Source: Longimicrobiales bacterium (GTDB lineage: Bacteria; Gemmatimonadota; Gemmatimonadetes; Longimicrobiales; Gaopeijiaceae). From it: a stretch of DNA of 64,000 nucleotides. Below the pieces are notes generated by a model. It was not told the DNA's origin and did no database searches. It was given only the letters and a program-made list of their open reading frames with translations. Location of the stretch: contig CBDFIQ010000002.1 in NCBI GenBank assembly GCA_965248195.1, positions 2,656,001 to 2,720,000 on the forward strand. The letters are read 5' to 3'. Shown piece by piece: positions 31,747 to 42,305 of this stretch (position 1 is the first letter of the stretch; the number at the start of each line of letters is the position of its first letter). A program made the translations under genes and the position numbers.

Positions 31747-32686
31747 ATGAGTGACCGTCCCACCTTCGCCGTGGTCATCCCGACGTACAATCGGGCGACC
31801 CGGCTTGTGAACACGCTCGAGACCGTGTTCGATCAAGCGGGGCAGGCCACCGAGATTATCGTCGTCGACAACTGCTCGACCGACGAAACGCCCGAGGTCA
31901 TGTCCAACTTGATGGAGACCCATGAGAATCTCGGTTATTACCGCCATGAGGTGAACCTGGAGCGAGCCGCGTCGCGAAACACGGGAATGTCGAAGGCGAC
32001 CGCCGATTACGTCACTTTTCTCGATTCCGACGATCTCATGTACCCGCAGAACCTTCGCGAGGCAGGCGATTTCGCGGTCGAGACGGGCGCGAAGTTCTTC
32101 CACAACCTTTACCAAAGCGTGGACGAGGACGGACGACACGTGCGCTACTGGCCCGTGCCGAGTTTACGGAACCAGCTCCGCTCGATCGCCATCGGCAACT
32201 TCCTCTCTTGTATAGGCGTCTTCATTCACCGCGACATCTACTCCGAGTACCGTTTTGACACGAACCCCATGCTGACCGGATCCGAAGACTGGGAGTTTTG
32301 GCTCCGAGTCGGGGCAGACCATCAAGTGGATCGCTTGACCGCAGTGAACAGTGCCATCGTCCAGCACTCTGGTCGGACAATGCTCAATCAGGACGTAACT
32401 CAGGCAACCCGCCGCGTCGACTACATTTTGAACAAGATCGACTCGGACCCGCATCTGAGTTCGGTTTACGGCCCCTACCGTAGTCTGATGCGAGCAAGCC
32501 GAATGGTATTCTTTGGCCGGCTTTGCCAACGACAATCATGACTCCAGGGCCGCCGTACGATTCTTGCGCCGAGCGCTGGCCGAGAAGCCGACCATGGGCT
32601 TCTCTCCCCGATTCATCAGGTGTACACAGATCGCGGCAGTGAACTGGCTCCGTCACCCGCAGAGGGGCGAGGGGTCGTCTGGCTGA
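31747..32686 (+). CDS. GT2 glycosyltransferase (apparent extra T near 32513)
   Basis: VVIPTYNRA, VVDNCSTD, FLDSDD, EDWEFWLR; removing one T from TTCTTTGGCC extends the frame to TGA at 32684-32686. Confidence 0.85.
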
Positions 32687-32793
32687 TCGCGGGCCGCTCA
32701 CCGCCATCCTGAGCCTGATCTGCGCCAGATTCTTTGCTTGCCCGTTCGTACGATTCTATTGGAGGCATCCGTAAGACGATCTTAGCTTACAGA

Positions 32794-34476
32794 ATGACCA
32801 CGAAAACAAGCGCTCCCCAGTCCCAACGCGCCACTGAGCTGGTAAAGGGACTGGTGCACCAGGTCGATAAGTGCCTGCGGGCGATGACGTTGTACAGCCC
32901 CTCCCACCCCATGCACCTCCGGGCCGTGGAGGAACTCCAGTCGGGTTTCGAGCCTGTTTGGGCAGAGTTCGGGTCGCTGACGCTTCAAGTCCGGGACGAC
33001 GGCTTCGTCTGGCAATCGAACCTGGTCCTCCCCCAAGATCACACGCCCGACAGCATCTCCTGGCTCCTTTTCAAAGAAGGCATCCGCTCCATCACTCTGA
33101 CCCAAGGCGTGGAAGACGAAGAGATCGTCTGCTTTCTCAGCGTGATTCACCTGTCCCGCTCTCTGGCGGAGGACACGGAGGACGACCTCCTCACCCTCTT
33201 GTGGGACCAGTACTTCGAACACATTCGCTACCGCCTGGTCGACCTCGGAAGCGAGGATGTCGCGGAGATCGAGGGACCTGCGAGTTCGGATCCACCACCG
33301 TCTCCCGAAGAGACCCGGGAACAGGTGGAGGACGAGGTCGCCGAAGTCATGGGTGTGGATGTGCTGGCTGATTTCGACGATTTCGACGCCTCGCTCTACT
33401 TCCTCGATGATCATGAGATCGGCCAGCTCAAAGACGATATCGCGACTGAATTCACGCAAGACGTCTCTGTGAACGTCCTCTCGATGTTGTTGGATGTCCT
33501 GGAGCTTCACCCCGACCGGGATGTCCGGGAGGAGACCTGCGGTGTGCTGGAAGAGCTCTTCTCCCATCTGGTCGGAACTGGGGACTTCGGCTCCATAGCC
33601 TACCTGATCCGAGAGTTGCGGGTTTTGCTCGCGCGGGTGACGGACCTGAAGCTCGAGCACCGGGAGACCCTCGGTGGCTTCGCGAGAAAGCTGTCCGATC
33701 CCAAAGTCATCAGTCTGCTGCTGCGATCGATGGACCACTCAGAGGTGCACCCGACTCCTGAGGATCTGCAGAACCTGTTTGGGGAGCTCGAGCCGGAGGC
33801 GCTGATGGCGGTGGTGAGTAGGATCCCGCAACTCGAAGACGAGGCGGCCAAGGCCCTCCTTCGAAGTGCGCTAGGGCATCAGGCTACACATTTCCCGAAG
33901 GTGATCCGGGAGGCGCTCACCTCCGAGGATGGAGAGATCGTATTGGTGGGGTTGCGTTGTGTGGAGGAAAGCAAGCTCACATCGGTCCATGCCCAGCTCC
34001 AGAGGCTCTCCCAACACGAGGACACGGCTGTGCGACGTGCGCTCGTCGCCGCACTCGCCGGGTTGAAAACATCGGAGGCCGTGCGGGAGATCGAGGAGCT
34101 ATTACACGACCGCGATCACGACATTCGGATCGCAGCGGTGCGCGCTCTCTCCACCTGTGGCGACGCCGAGACTCGGTCCCTAGTGGAGGCGATCGTGCTG
34201 GGCCGGGCCATCCGCGATACCGACAGAAGCGAAAAACTGGCATTCTTCGAGGCCTACGCAGCCCTTTTCGGTGAGTCCGCCACCGCCGGTCTGGAACCGC
34301 TCCTTCATGGAGGTGTGTTTCGGCGGCGGTCTGATGCCGCCACACGGGCATGTGCTGCCAGAGCGCTGGGAAAGGTCGGCGGTCCCGCAGCAAAGGCCAC
34401 GCTGGAAAAAGCACTGAAGGACAGAGATTTTTCGGTGAGAAGCGCCGCCGAGAGAGGGTTGACGGGCTTTGAGTGA
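32794..34476 (+). CDS. HEAT-repeat protein with N-terminal DUF-like region
   Basis: LYSPSHP motif; C-terminal HEAT units (VRRALVAAL, IRIAAVRAL, RACAARALG, VRSAAERGL). Confidence 0.8.
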   Translation: MTTKTSAPQSQRATELVKGLVHQVDKCLRAMTLYSPSHPMHLRAVEELQSGFEPVWAEFGSLTLQVRDDGFVWQSNLVLPQDHTPDSISWLLFKEGIRSITLTQGVEDEEIVCFLSVIHLSRSLAEDTEDDLLTLLWDQYFEHIRYRLVDLGSEDVAEIEGPASSDPPPSPEETREQVEDEVAEVMGVDVLADFDDFDASLYFLDDHEIGQLKDDIATEFTQDVSVNVLSMLLDVLELHPDRDVREETCGVLEELFSHLVGTGDFGSIAYLIRELRVLLARVTDLKLEHRETLGGFARKLSDPKVISLLLRSMDHSEVHPTPEDLQNLFGELEPEALMAVVSRIPQLEDEAAKALLRSALGHQATHFPKVIREALTSEDGEIVLVGLRCVEESKLTSVHAQLQRLSQHEDTAVRRALVAALAGLKTSEAVREIEELLHDRDHDIRIAAVRALSTCGDAETRSLVEAIVLGRAIRDTDRSEKLAFFEAYAALFGESATAGLEPLLHGGVFRRRSDAATRACAARALGKVGGPAAKATLEKALKDRDFSVRSAAERGLTGFE

Positions 34477-35958
34477 TATCAGGCCGGACCCGGCGGGCGG
34501 GTCGAGGGGACCCGGGCAAGAGCCAACGGAATCGCTGGCCAGCCAGGCGGTCCTCCGGCAGCGTGGACGGGACTTCGTGATCGCGCTGTACCGATCACTC
34601 CGAAGTCTCAAGCTTTACCCGGTCGAGAACCAACAGGTGCAGAGGGCGCTCGACGAGATGGTCGGGGCAGCGCTCGCTCTCCTGGAATACGAGCCGGAGC
34701 TGGAGGTGAGGGTTTCGCAAGAACTGATCTTCGTCAACCAGGTCAGACTACGACTCGACATCGACAACTATGCTTCCTTCGGTCACGTCCTGACCACCCT
34801 CACGCAGTGCGGTGTCGGACTGTTGAGGGTCAGCCCCGCAGTCGATCGCCGCGAATGGCAGATCTTCATCTTGGAACTCCTTCGCTTTGCCGGTCTGGGC
34901 GACGACCCGAACGGCGCGCTGCAGTTACCGCAGAGACTAGATCGAGCCGGCGTCGAGCATATCGTCATCGAGCCGGCGGCGGCGGGCGACGTTGAGTGGA
35001 TGGATGAGGACGGGCAAAAAAAAGTGCGAAGCGCACGTACGAGCGGGCCCTGGCCGTCACCAAGGACCTCATCGGAAGTACGAGGATGGGTCGGGTCAGG
35101 AACGTGCGCAAAGTGAAGCGCGCGGTGCAGAGCATCATCGACCAGGTGTTGAGCAACGAAGTCACGTTGGTGGGCATGACAAACCTCCGGGACTACGACG
35201 ACTACACGTTCACGCACTCGCTGAACGTCTGCATCTTCAGTTTGGCGATCGCCAAGCGACTGGGGTTCACGAGGCGCCAGCTCTTCGAGCTCGGGATGGC
35301 ATCGCTGTGCCACGATATCGGCAAAGGACGCGTGCCTCTGGAAACGCTAAACAAGGTTGGAAGCCTTTCGCCGGAGGAGTGGCGTAGCCTGCAGTCGCAC
35401 ACCTACCGCGGCGCGCTAAGCCTATTCAAGCTGCGGGAGTTCGGGGAAATACCCTTCCGCAGCATGATCGCGGCATATGAGCACCATATGAAGATCGATC
35501 TCACGGGGTATCCTGGGTCCGTACGGGAGCGACGCATGTCTTTCTTCTCCCGCATCGTGGCCATGGCCGACGCGTTCGACGCCGCGACAAGTGCTCGGGT
35601 CTACCAGAAGAGCATGACGCCGGATGAGGCCCTGCGTTTGTTTTGGGAAGAACCCGGAAGGGGCTTCGACCCCGTGTTGGTAAAGGCCCTGACGAACCTG
35701 CTCGGAATCTATCCGGTGGGAACGTGCGTCATTCTCGACAGACGCGAGCTCGCGATCGTGCACGCCGCGAACTCGGACGCCTCATTGATCCACAGGCCCG
35801 TGGTACGCATGATCTGCACCGCCGACGGGACTTGGCTTAGCCCGGGGCCCTTGCTCGATTTGTCGGGAACAACTGAGGACGGCCACTTCCGCCGCTCCAT
35901 CATCAAGGTGACTACGCCAGAAAAATACGGAATCCGAGCCGCCGATTACTTCGTCTGA
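34469..35958 (+). CDS. HD-GYP domain cyclic-dinucleotide phosphodiesterase, split at an A8 run (35016-35023)
   Basis: YDDYTFTHSLNV, CHDIGK, EHH..GYP, ADAFDA; A9 would join ORF 34469 to ORF 35086 via AKRTYERALAVTKD. Confidence 0.88.
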
Positions 35959-36028
35959 TTCTCGTTTCGCCGATTGAGGTAGGTTGGCGAGGGACTCCGA
36001 CCCACGCTGCAAGAGGACTGGCGTGTCA

Positions 36029-37153
36029 TCAAGGCAGCCGACCTCTTCGCTCCGTCAAGGGACTGTCCCCCAGATCATTCTCGCTCAGGAGCCGTCCCAT
36101 CTCACCCCCCTGAAACTCATCGGAGAAGGCGCCACCGTATACGCGGAGCCCTGTGGCTCGGGGCGAGTAGGTGACCCGAAGCACGAAGGCCGGAACCGAC
36201 AGGTCCGCGAGTTCTCGTACACGGCCGTTCGCCTCTCCCAGGGTCTCGTATTCTCCGAGAAAGAAGGAGTAGGGAGCCTCCCGGACGGCCCAGTTTTCGG
36301 GATCGGGATTCAGAAGATCAAAGGCTACAGCCAGGGGAACCTTGAGGTTGTTCGCCTCCGCCACGCTGTACGCGGGCCCCACCATGAGAGCGAAATGCCG
36401 GTCCCCATCGATCAGCAGGGCGGTCACGAAACCGAGGAGGTTGGGCATCCGCGCCCGGAGAGCGTCAGCCATGGCCAACGGCGTCTGGATCTCTCGCCAC
36501 GTATCGACAAGAACCACGTGGCTCATCACCGGCGTCCGGGGCTCGGGACCGGGCAGCACCACAGGACCGGGCGCTGCGGAACGGGACCGCTGCATCAGCG
36601 TGATTCTCGGAATGTCCACTACGCCAAAGTAGGCCATCGCGAATCCGCCGCCACCAAGAATTAGGACGGTCGCGGTAGCGCTCACTAGCCGACGCGCCCC
36701 GCTCCTCCATTTCCGCCGCCGCTCCAACTCCTCGAGACCTCGGTGTCTCGCCGTCGGCTTCGCCCTGTCGGGAGTAGGGGGAGTAGGCGTCGGCAGCAAA
36801 AGGGAGCCCTCATCACCTCCGTCCGTTCTGCCGAAATCCCGGTCCACCACAAGATCTTCACCACCCAGCTCCCCCGAACCGGACGTCTCCGCTTGCTGGA
36901 AATCAAGCTCATTGAACGCCTTCGACCTGATCTCCATGGTCTCGATTTCGACGTCCCGGTCCACTTCATCCGGAGGGCCCTCGACTTCGAGGCCCGAGCC
37001 GGTCTGGAACCCCTCCATGACGGGCGAGGTCTCCGCCGCCTCTGCTATGGCGTCTTCATCCACGTCGAGGTCCGCCCCCGTTTCGATTCGGGGAAGCTCG
37101 AGATCCTCTTCGCGGCCCTCCTGGGGTCCGGATTCTTCGTCGTCAGTCACCAA
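36029..37153 (-). CDS. Single-pass membrane protein with acidic N-terminus and SPOR-like domains
   Basis: Acidic low-complexity region, one TM segment, repeated VGPAYS..EA and GEYET..EA SPOR-like patterns. Confidence 0.65.
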   Translation of the reverse strand: MVTDDEESGPQEGREEDLELPRIETGADLDVDEDAIAEAAETSPVMEGFQTGSGLEVEGPPDEVDRDVEIETMEIRSKAFNELDFQQAETSGSGELGGEDLVVDRDFGRTDGGDEGSLLLPTPTPPTPDRAKPTARHRGLEELERRRKWRSGARRLVSATATVLILGGGGFAMAYFGVVDIPRITLMQRSRSAAPGPVVLPGPEPRTPVMSHVVLVDTWREIQTPLAMADALRARMPNLLGFVTALLIDGDRHFALMVGPAYSVAEANNLKVPLAVAFDLLNPDPENWAVREAPYSFFLGEYETLGEANGRVRELADLSVPAFVLRVTYSPRATGLRVYGGAFSDEFQGGEMGRLLSENDLGDSPLTERRGRLP

Positions 37154-37205
37154 CGCGCTCCTCTCATCGGGTCGCTCCCTTCCATTATCAAAAGAGAGTC
37201 AGCCT

Positions 37206-38213
37206 TCAGAAGATCGCAAGGGGGTTGAGGGGCGACCCCGTACCGCCCTCGACCGCCAACGGGGCCGCAACCAGCATGAACTCCCAGCGACCCTGGCGCG
37301 CGGCTTCGGCGGCCACGGCCTCCAGGTCGAGGTTGTCGAACAGCGGGGTCCCCATGGCAACGATCATGAGCTGGTGAATCGGCTGCGAGACCCCCTCGAC
37401 ACCCGAGGGTAGCACGTCGTTCGTATAATCGCTGCCCAGTATCGCGACGCCACGCTCACGGAGCCACGGAACCACGGAAGCGTGCAGCCCGGCAGCCTCC
37501 CGGCCGGTCCGCCAGGGCCCGACCTCGGCACGCCGAGCCCACCGCCCGCTGCGCACCAACACGACGTCTCCGCTCCCGACCCGAATACCGGCCTCACGCT
37601 CCCAGGCCTCCAGGTCTTCCACGTAGATCGGCGTCCCTGGCTCGAGATATTCGACCCCCTTGAGCCGTGCGATATCCATCAGGATGCCACGGGTGACGAT
37701 CCCTTGCTTGAAATTGATGATCGCCAGCTTGTCGCACCCGCCCTCCGTCACCTCGTCGTCTCGAACGTACCCGTTATACAGCCGACCCTCGTGCATCATG
37801 TGGCACAACGCGTCCAGGTGGGAGTGCGCGTATCCGTGGTAGGCGATGGTATACCGATCGCTGCGAAACACACCCGGACTCCCGATCCCGAGCATCTCGT
37901 GGCCGAACGGAGAGGTCGCGTCCTCCGCCCGCTCCTTGAGATAGTTGTGCGAAAGCGACACCGATGTCCCGACCCGTGCGAGGCCGATCGCCTGGAGGCG
38001 CTTCTCCACGGTTATCAGGTTGAGGGTTCCGAGTTGGTCGTCGGCCCCCCATCGGCCCCAATTCGACAAGTCCGCCATCCACTGCTGGACCATCGCCTGC
38101 GTCACCTCCGGCGACGACTGTGCCGAGAGGGGCCGGTCTACCGGAGCCAGCAGCAGGAACACACTACAGAGGAGCAGTCGAGTCGGAATGGCCATGCGGT
38201 GTGGTGTCGTCAT
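37206..38213 (-). CDS. Secreted cyclase-family (kynurenine formamidase-like) metallohydrolase
   Basis: NWGRWGADDQLGTLN, HGYAHSHLDALCH, RGILMD, GTGSPLNPLAIF; signal peptide. Confidence 0.9.
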   Translation of the reverse strand: MTTPHRMAIPTRLLLCSVFLLLAPVDRPLSAQSSPEVTQAMVQQWMADLSNWGRWGADDQLGTLNLITVEKRLQAIGLARVGTSVSLSHNYLKERAEDATSPFGHEMLGIGSPGVFRSDRYTIAYHGYAHSHLDALCHMMHEGRLYNGYVRDDEVTEGGCDKLAIINFKQGIVTRGILMDIARLKGVEYLEPGTPIYVEDLEAWEREAGIRVGSGDVVLVRSGRWARRAEVGPWRTGREAAGLHASVVPWLRERGVAILGSDYTNDVLPSGVEGVSQPIHQLMIVAMGTPLFDNLDLEAVAAEAARQGRWEFMLVAAPLAVEGGTGSPLNPLAIF

Positions 38214-38260
38214 GAGTTTCTCCGAAGTGTGAAGCCCGCCGGTCCCTCACATGAAAACGC

Positions 38261-38291
38261 GAGGGCGGGCCGGTCTTGCCGGCCCGCCCTC
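38261..38291 (-). terminator. Intrinsic terminator-like hairpin after the NHL gene
   Basis: 13-bp perfect stem GAGGGCGGGCCGG/CCGGCCCGCCCTC followed on the minus strand by GCGTTTTCA. Confidence 0.7.
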
Positions 38292-38322
38292 CTCTGATCT
38301 TACCAAAGCTGTGCGCTCGGTC

Positions 38323-39342
38323 CTACCGCGCTATGTGCTTCCGGAGTGCACGAGGACCGACCTCCGCGCCGTAGACGTTTCCTTCGTTGTCCACCGCGAC
38401 GCCCTCCGCCGCGCTCGTTCCGCCCGGGGTGGGGTCCGGATCGGGGATGAAGGCGATCACGAAGCCGGTGTCGAGGTCCATCACTCGGATTCCGCGCCTG
38501 AATCCCGGGTTGCTTCCGTATCGGGATTCCGAATCCGCCACGTAGAGCTTGTTATTGTGGATCGTGATGCCACTGGCCCGCCCCATGTTGTAGAAGTCAC
38601 GAACGAAGGTGCCGTCCTGCTCGAAGACCTGGATCCTCCGGTTGCTGCGGTCTCCCACGTAGAGGAGGCCGTCGTCATCCATCGCCAGGGCGTGGGGCGT
38701 CCTGAACTGCCCGGGGTTTGAGCCCTCCTCGCCCCACTCCATGAGATACCTGCCGTCGCTCGAGTACTTGACGATCCGATTGTTTCCTCCAGCGGCCGAA
38801 TGCCCGTCGCCCACGAAGATGTCTCCGTTGGGCGCCACCAACACGTCGTTGGGCTCATTGAGCGTGGTCCGCGTCCTCCCCCCCACCCCCGCCGTGCCCA
38901 GGCGCAGCAAAACCATTCCCTCCGGGCTGAACTTGATCACCTGATTGCCCCGCATGAGGTCGTCGTTCCCCCGGGCATCCGCGATCCAGACGTTGCCGTC
39001 GTCATCCACGTCGATCCCGTGGGGCCAGACGAACATCCCGGCTCCGAACTGCGTGAGGATGTTGCCCATCTTGTCGAACTGGAAGACGACGTCCAGGTCG
39101 TCGTGACCGACACAGTTGTTCTCTCCGCAGCGATCGACGGCCCAGATCGTTTCGCCGTCCGGGGAGACCTCTACCAAGCTGGTCGAACCCCAATCTCGTC
39201 CGTCGGGCAGCGGCGCCCACACCCCGGGCACCGTCCGGTACGGGTTGGGCTCACCATTCTGCGCTTGCATCGGTGCCACCGTCGCGCCCGCAACGGCGCC
39301 GACCACGACGAACATCAAACCCGCTTGACTCAGATAGGACAT
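38323..39342 (-). CDS. Secreted NHL-repeat beta-propeller (PAL-like lyase family)
   Basis: WPHGIDVD, EPNDVLVAPNGDIFVGDGH, PGQFRTPHAL, DRSNRRIQVF; signal peptide. Confidence 0.88.
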   Translation of the reverse strand: MSYLSQAGLMFVVVGAVAGATVAPMQAQNGEPNPYRTVPGVWAPLPDGRDWGSTSLVEVSPDGETIWAVDRCGENNCVGHDDLDVVFQFDKMGNILTQFGAGMFVWPHGIDVDDDGNVWIADARGNDDLMRGNQVIKFSPEGMVLLRLGTAGVGGRTRTTLNEPNDVLVAPNGDIFVGDGHSAAGGNNRIVKYSSDGRYLMEWGEEGSNPGQFRTPHALAMDDDGLLYVGDRSNRRIQVFEQDGTFVRDFYNMGRASGITIHNNKLYVADSESRYGSNPGFRRGIRVMDLDTGFVIAFIPDPDPTPGGTSAAEGVAVDNEGNVYGAEVGPRALRKHIAR

Positions 39343-39643
39343 GGTAAGATCTCCCTTTACGGATAGAGGTAGAACGGTGCCGATCGGCAGCACCACTCGG
39401 GGTTCCAAAAGGGGCTCGTCAGCCCGACAGTCCGGGACCATAGGGGAGAGATATTGAACGGGCAAGTGTCGAGAGGCGGCCGTTTCCTTGCTACTCAACT
39501 GTCGCCCTACGATACTGCCTCAGATCGTCGACCAGGACTCCTGGCTGCTTTGTGCGAGGCGAGCCCATGCGCAAGAAGGAAGACGGATCGGCGTACGCTG
39601 CTCGAACTGGCGGTGTAGAGATCGCGCCTTTTCGGGGATGCTG

Positions 39644-40003
39644 ATGAAACGGCGCGACTTTCTTCGGCTCAAGACCGAGCGGGGGATCCGCACCGTCGAG
39701 CTCTCCTGCCAGCGGCTACACATGCATTACCTCGAGAGGCGTGTGACGGCCGGCCAGCCGGACAGGGGCGACCCGTTGGACGACGATTTCGATCCGACGG
39801 AAGATGGCGAGCCGCCCACAGCCTTCGAGGAGCGGACGACCGAGGAGCTATTCGAGCATCTCCGGCGTGACCTGGACGGCGTCGACCTTCTACGTGTTAC
39901 CGGGCACCGCTGGCTGTCGGAGGGGGACGAGGAGCTGCGGCGGGAATTCAACAGGCTAGTCTCGTCGTTTCGGGCAAGTGGCGGGCGCGTTGAGTACGGC
40001 TGA
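39644..40003 (+). CDS. Hypothetical protein
   Basis: GC3-biased ORF ending 5 nt before the channel gene. Confidence 0.6.
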   Translation: MKRRDFLRLKTERGIRTVELSCQRLHMHYLERRVTAGQPDRGDPLDDDFDPTEDGEPPTAFEERTTEELFEHLRRDLDGVDLLRVTGHRWLSEGDEELRREFNRLVSSFRASGGRVEYG

Positions 40004-40008
40004 AGCCC

Positions 40009-40892
40009 ATGCCTAACGCGAGCGACCTCCGCCCCCCTGTCGAGGCCTCCCGAGTCCGGCATCGTACGTATGCGGTCATCTTCGGCCACGATACTCGACC
40101 GGGCCGGATTTTCGATGTCGTCCTGATCGTCGTCATCCTCGCCAGCGTTCTCGTGATCATGCTCGAGAGTGTCGCCTCGGTTCGTGCGGAGTACGCTAGC
40201 CTACTCCGGAGAGCGGAGTGGTTTTTCACGCTGCTCTTCACCATCGAGTATGTGACTCGCCTCTGGTGCGTGGGGCGTCCGCTGACTTACGCGAAAAGCC
40301 CCCTGGGCCTCATCGACCTGCTGGCGGTACTTCCAACCTTGGTTTCGTTGCTCTTCCCCGGAGGGCAGGTCATCACCGTCGTGCGAATCCTGCGCGTGCT
40401 CAGGGTCTTCCGCATCCTGAAGCTGGCCCGTTACGTCGGGGAGGCGGGCGTTCTGGTCCGGGCGCTGAGGGCCAGCCAGTACAAGATCACGATTTTCGCC
40501 CTCACGGTCGTGACGATCACCGTCATCGTCGGCGCACTCATGTACCTGATCGAGGGGCCCGACAACGGATTTACCAGCATACCACGTGGCGTGTACTGGG
40601 GAATCGTCACGCTCACGACCGTGGGCTTCGGTGACGTCACACCTCAGACCCCATGGGGCCAGGCCCTGGCGAGCGTCGTGATGATCATGGGGTACGGCAT
40701 CATCGCGGTCCCAACCGGGATCGTGACCGCGGAGCTCGTGTACTCCGCACGGTTGCAAGAGGGACCCGAATGCCAGGGGTGTGGTGTGACCGGAGGGGGC
40801 ACGAGCCTGACGCCCGGCACTGCAAGTGGTGCGGGGCGAGCCTGCGTAGAACGGTAGACCGCACGCCGGCATCCCTTGCCGACATCGACTGA
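40009..40892 (+). CDS. Voltage-gated potassium channel (Ion_trans); C-terminal Zn ribbon frameshifted near 40795
   Basis: S4 VRILRVLRVFRILKLAR, filter TTVGFGD; CQGC in one frame and HEPDARHCKWCG in another. Confidence 0.9.
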
Positions 40893-40950
40893 ATGTCCTA
40901 AGATCGGCGACCCGAACAAAAACCGATAGTGATTTTCCGAAGGAGGCCCC

Positions 40951-41454
40951 ATGTCGATGGCGAAGACGATGCTGGAACAGTTCAAGCGAGAGATGGCCGG
41001 AACGCGAAAGGCGCTGGAGCGCGTCCCCTTCGACAAGGCCGAGTGGGCCCCTCATGAGAAGTCCATGACGTTGGGCCGCCTGGCGGGGCACCTCGCCGAG
41101 GCGCCGAGTTGGGGAGTCTCGATCCTCACGACCGAAGAGCTCGACATCGCTCCAGCCGGCGGAAATTCGTACAAGCCACCCGTCTTCGAGTCCCTTGATG
41201 ATATCCTGGCGACCTTCGATCAAGGGGTTTTGGCGGTAGAAGCGGCGCTGCCCGACGTAACGGACGAAGCGTTGACCGAGCACTGGTCCCTGAAGTCCGG
41301 TGGAGAGGAGATCCTCGGCGGCCCCCGTGGGGCGCTCTTTGGAAACATGGTCACCGGCCACGTCATCCATCACCGAGGCCAGTTGACGGTCTACCTCCGC
41401 CTTTGTGATGTGCCGGTTCCTGGGATGTACGGGCCCTCGGCTGACGAGAAGTAG
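40951..41454 (+). CDS. DinB-family protein
   Basis: PHEKSMTLGRLAGHLAE, HVIHHRGQLTVYLR, PGMYGPSADE; AAGGAGG RBS. Confidence 0.92.
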   Translation: MSMAKTMLEQFKREMAGTRKALERVPFDKAEWAPHEKSMTLGRLAGHLAEAPSWGVSILTTEELDIAPAGGNSYKPPVFESLDDILATFDQGVLAVEAALPDVTDEALTEHWSLKSGGEEILGGPRGALFGNMVTGHVIHHRGQLTVYLRLCDVPVPGMYGPSADEK

Positions 41455-41500
41455 GACGGGCTGTAGGAACTTGTCAGAAACAGTCCCGGGGAGCTCCCGG

Positions 41501-42103
41501 TTACTCGGGTAAGTCCAGCAGCTGTCCCTGGGGCCCGGCGTTGAGCACCAGGGTCGGCCCGATCGCAGATCGCTGTCCCCAGCACCCGTGAATGTGCCCA
41601 CACACCACCAGGCGCGGGGACATCCGCTCGATGGTGTCGAGCACGGAGTGGCTTCCGAGGTGGCGTCCCCCGGCCTCATCCACATGCCCATGAGGAGGGG
41701 AGTGGCTGACGAGCACACCGTTCTCAGGGCATCCGGCGAGCAACACCTTCGCTTCGTCCTCGTTGAAATCGAAGCTCCACTCTCCGAAGGGCGTCACCGG
41801 AATGCCTCCGCCGATCCCGTAGAAAGGCACCCCTGCAACTGTCACGCCCTCGCCGTGGAGGACATGAGCCGAGGGCCACCCCGCACACGCCTTCCGTAAC
41901 TCGACATCGGACTCACCGTTGCCCGGAACCAGAAGCACCGGCTTATCGACCCCCCGGAGGATCTCGATCACGTCGTCGATGCCGTGCCGCATGACGGCGA
42001 AGTCCCCTGCGCCGATGAGCACGTCCGCCTCACCGGAGCGCTCCACCAACGAACGCGCGGCGTCTCGGTCCCGGTGCAGATCACTGAAGACAAGGAGTCT
42101 CAT
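41501..42103 (-). CDS. Calcineurin-like metallophosphoesterase
   Basis: SDLH, AGD, PGNGE, SHSPP, CGHIH. Confidence 0.9.
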   Translation of the reverse strand: MRLLVFSDLHRDRDAARSLVERSGEADVLIGAGDFAVMRHGIDDVIEILRGVDKPVLLVPGNGESDVELRKACAGWPSAHVLHGEGVTVAGVPFYGIGGGIPVTPFGEWSFDFNEDEAKVLLAGCPENGVLVSHSPPHGHVDEAGGRHLGSHSVLDTIERMSPRLVVCGHIHGCWGQRSAIGPTLVLNAGPQGQLLDLPE

Positions 42104-42305
42104 GGATCGGACAAGGTACCGTGCTGCAGGTCGGTCCACACGGGCCTGAGGGGATGTGGCTCCGGTACTGCTCTTGCGGATGACTATACTATACGATATG
42201 GTATAACAACAGATTGGTGCTCATGTACTAGAACAGGTATACAATCACCAATGGGATTCGTACCTCAACCTCCGCAACGACTCCCGTCACATGACGAGGT
42301 GAGAA

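Noticed and set aside
39644..39680. Tat signal peptide (MKRRDFL)
   Set aside because: No hydrophobic region follows the twin-arginine motif.
40201..41718. Long antisense ORFs (this 505-aa one, also 7723-8817, 22576-23595, 23908-24978)
   Set aside because: Shadow frames of real genes in GC-rich DNA with no recognisable motifs.
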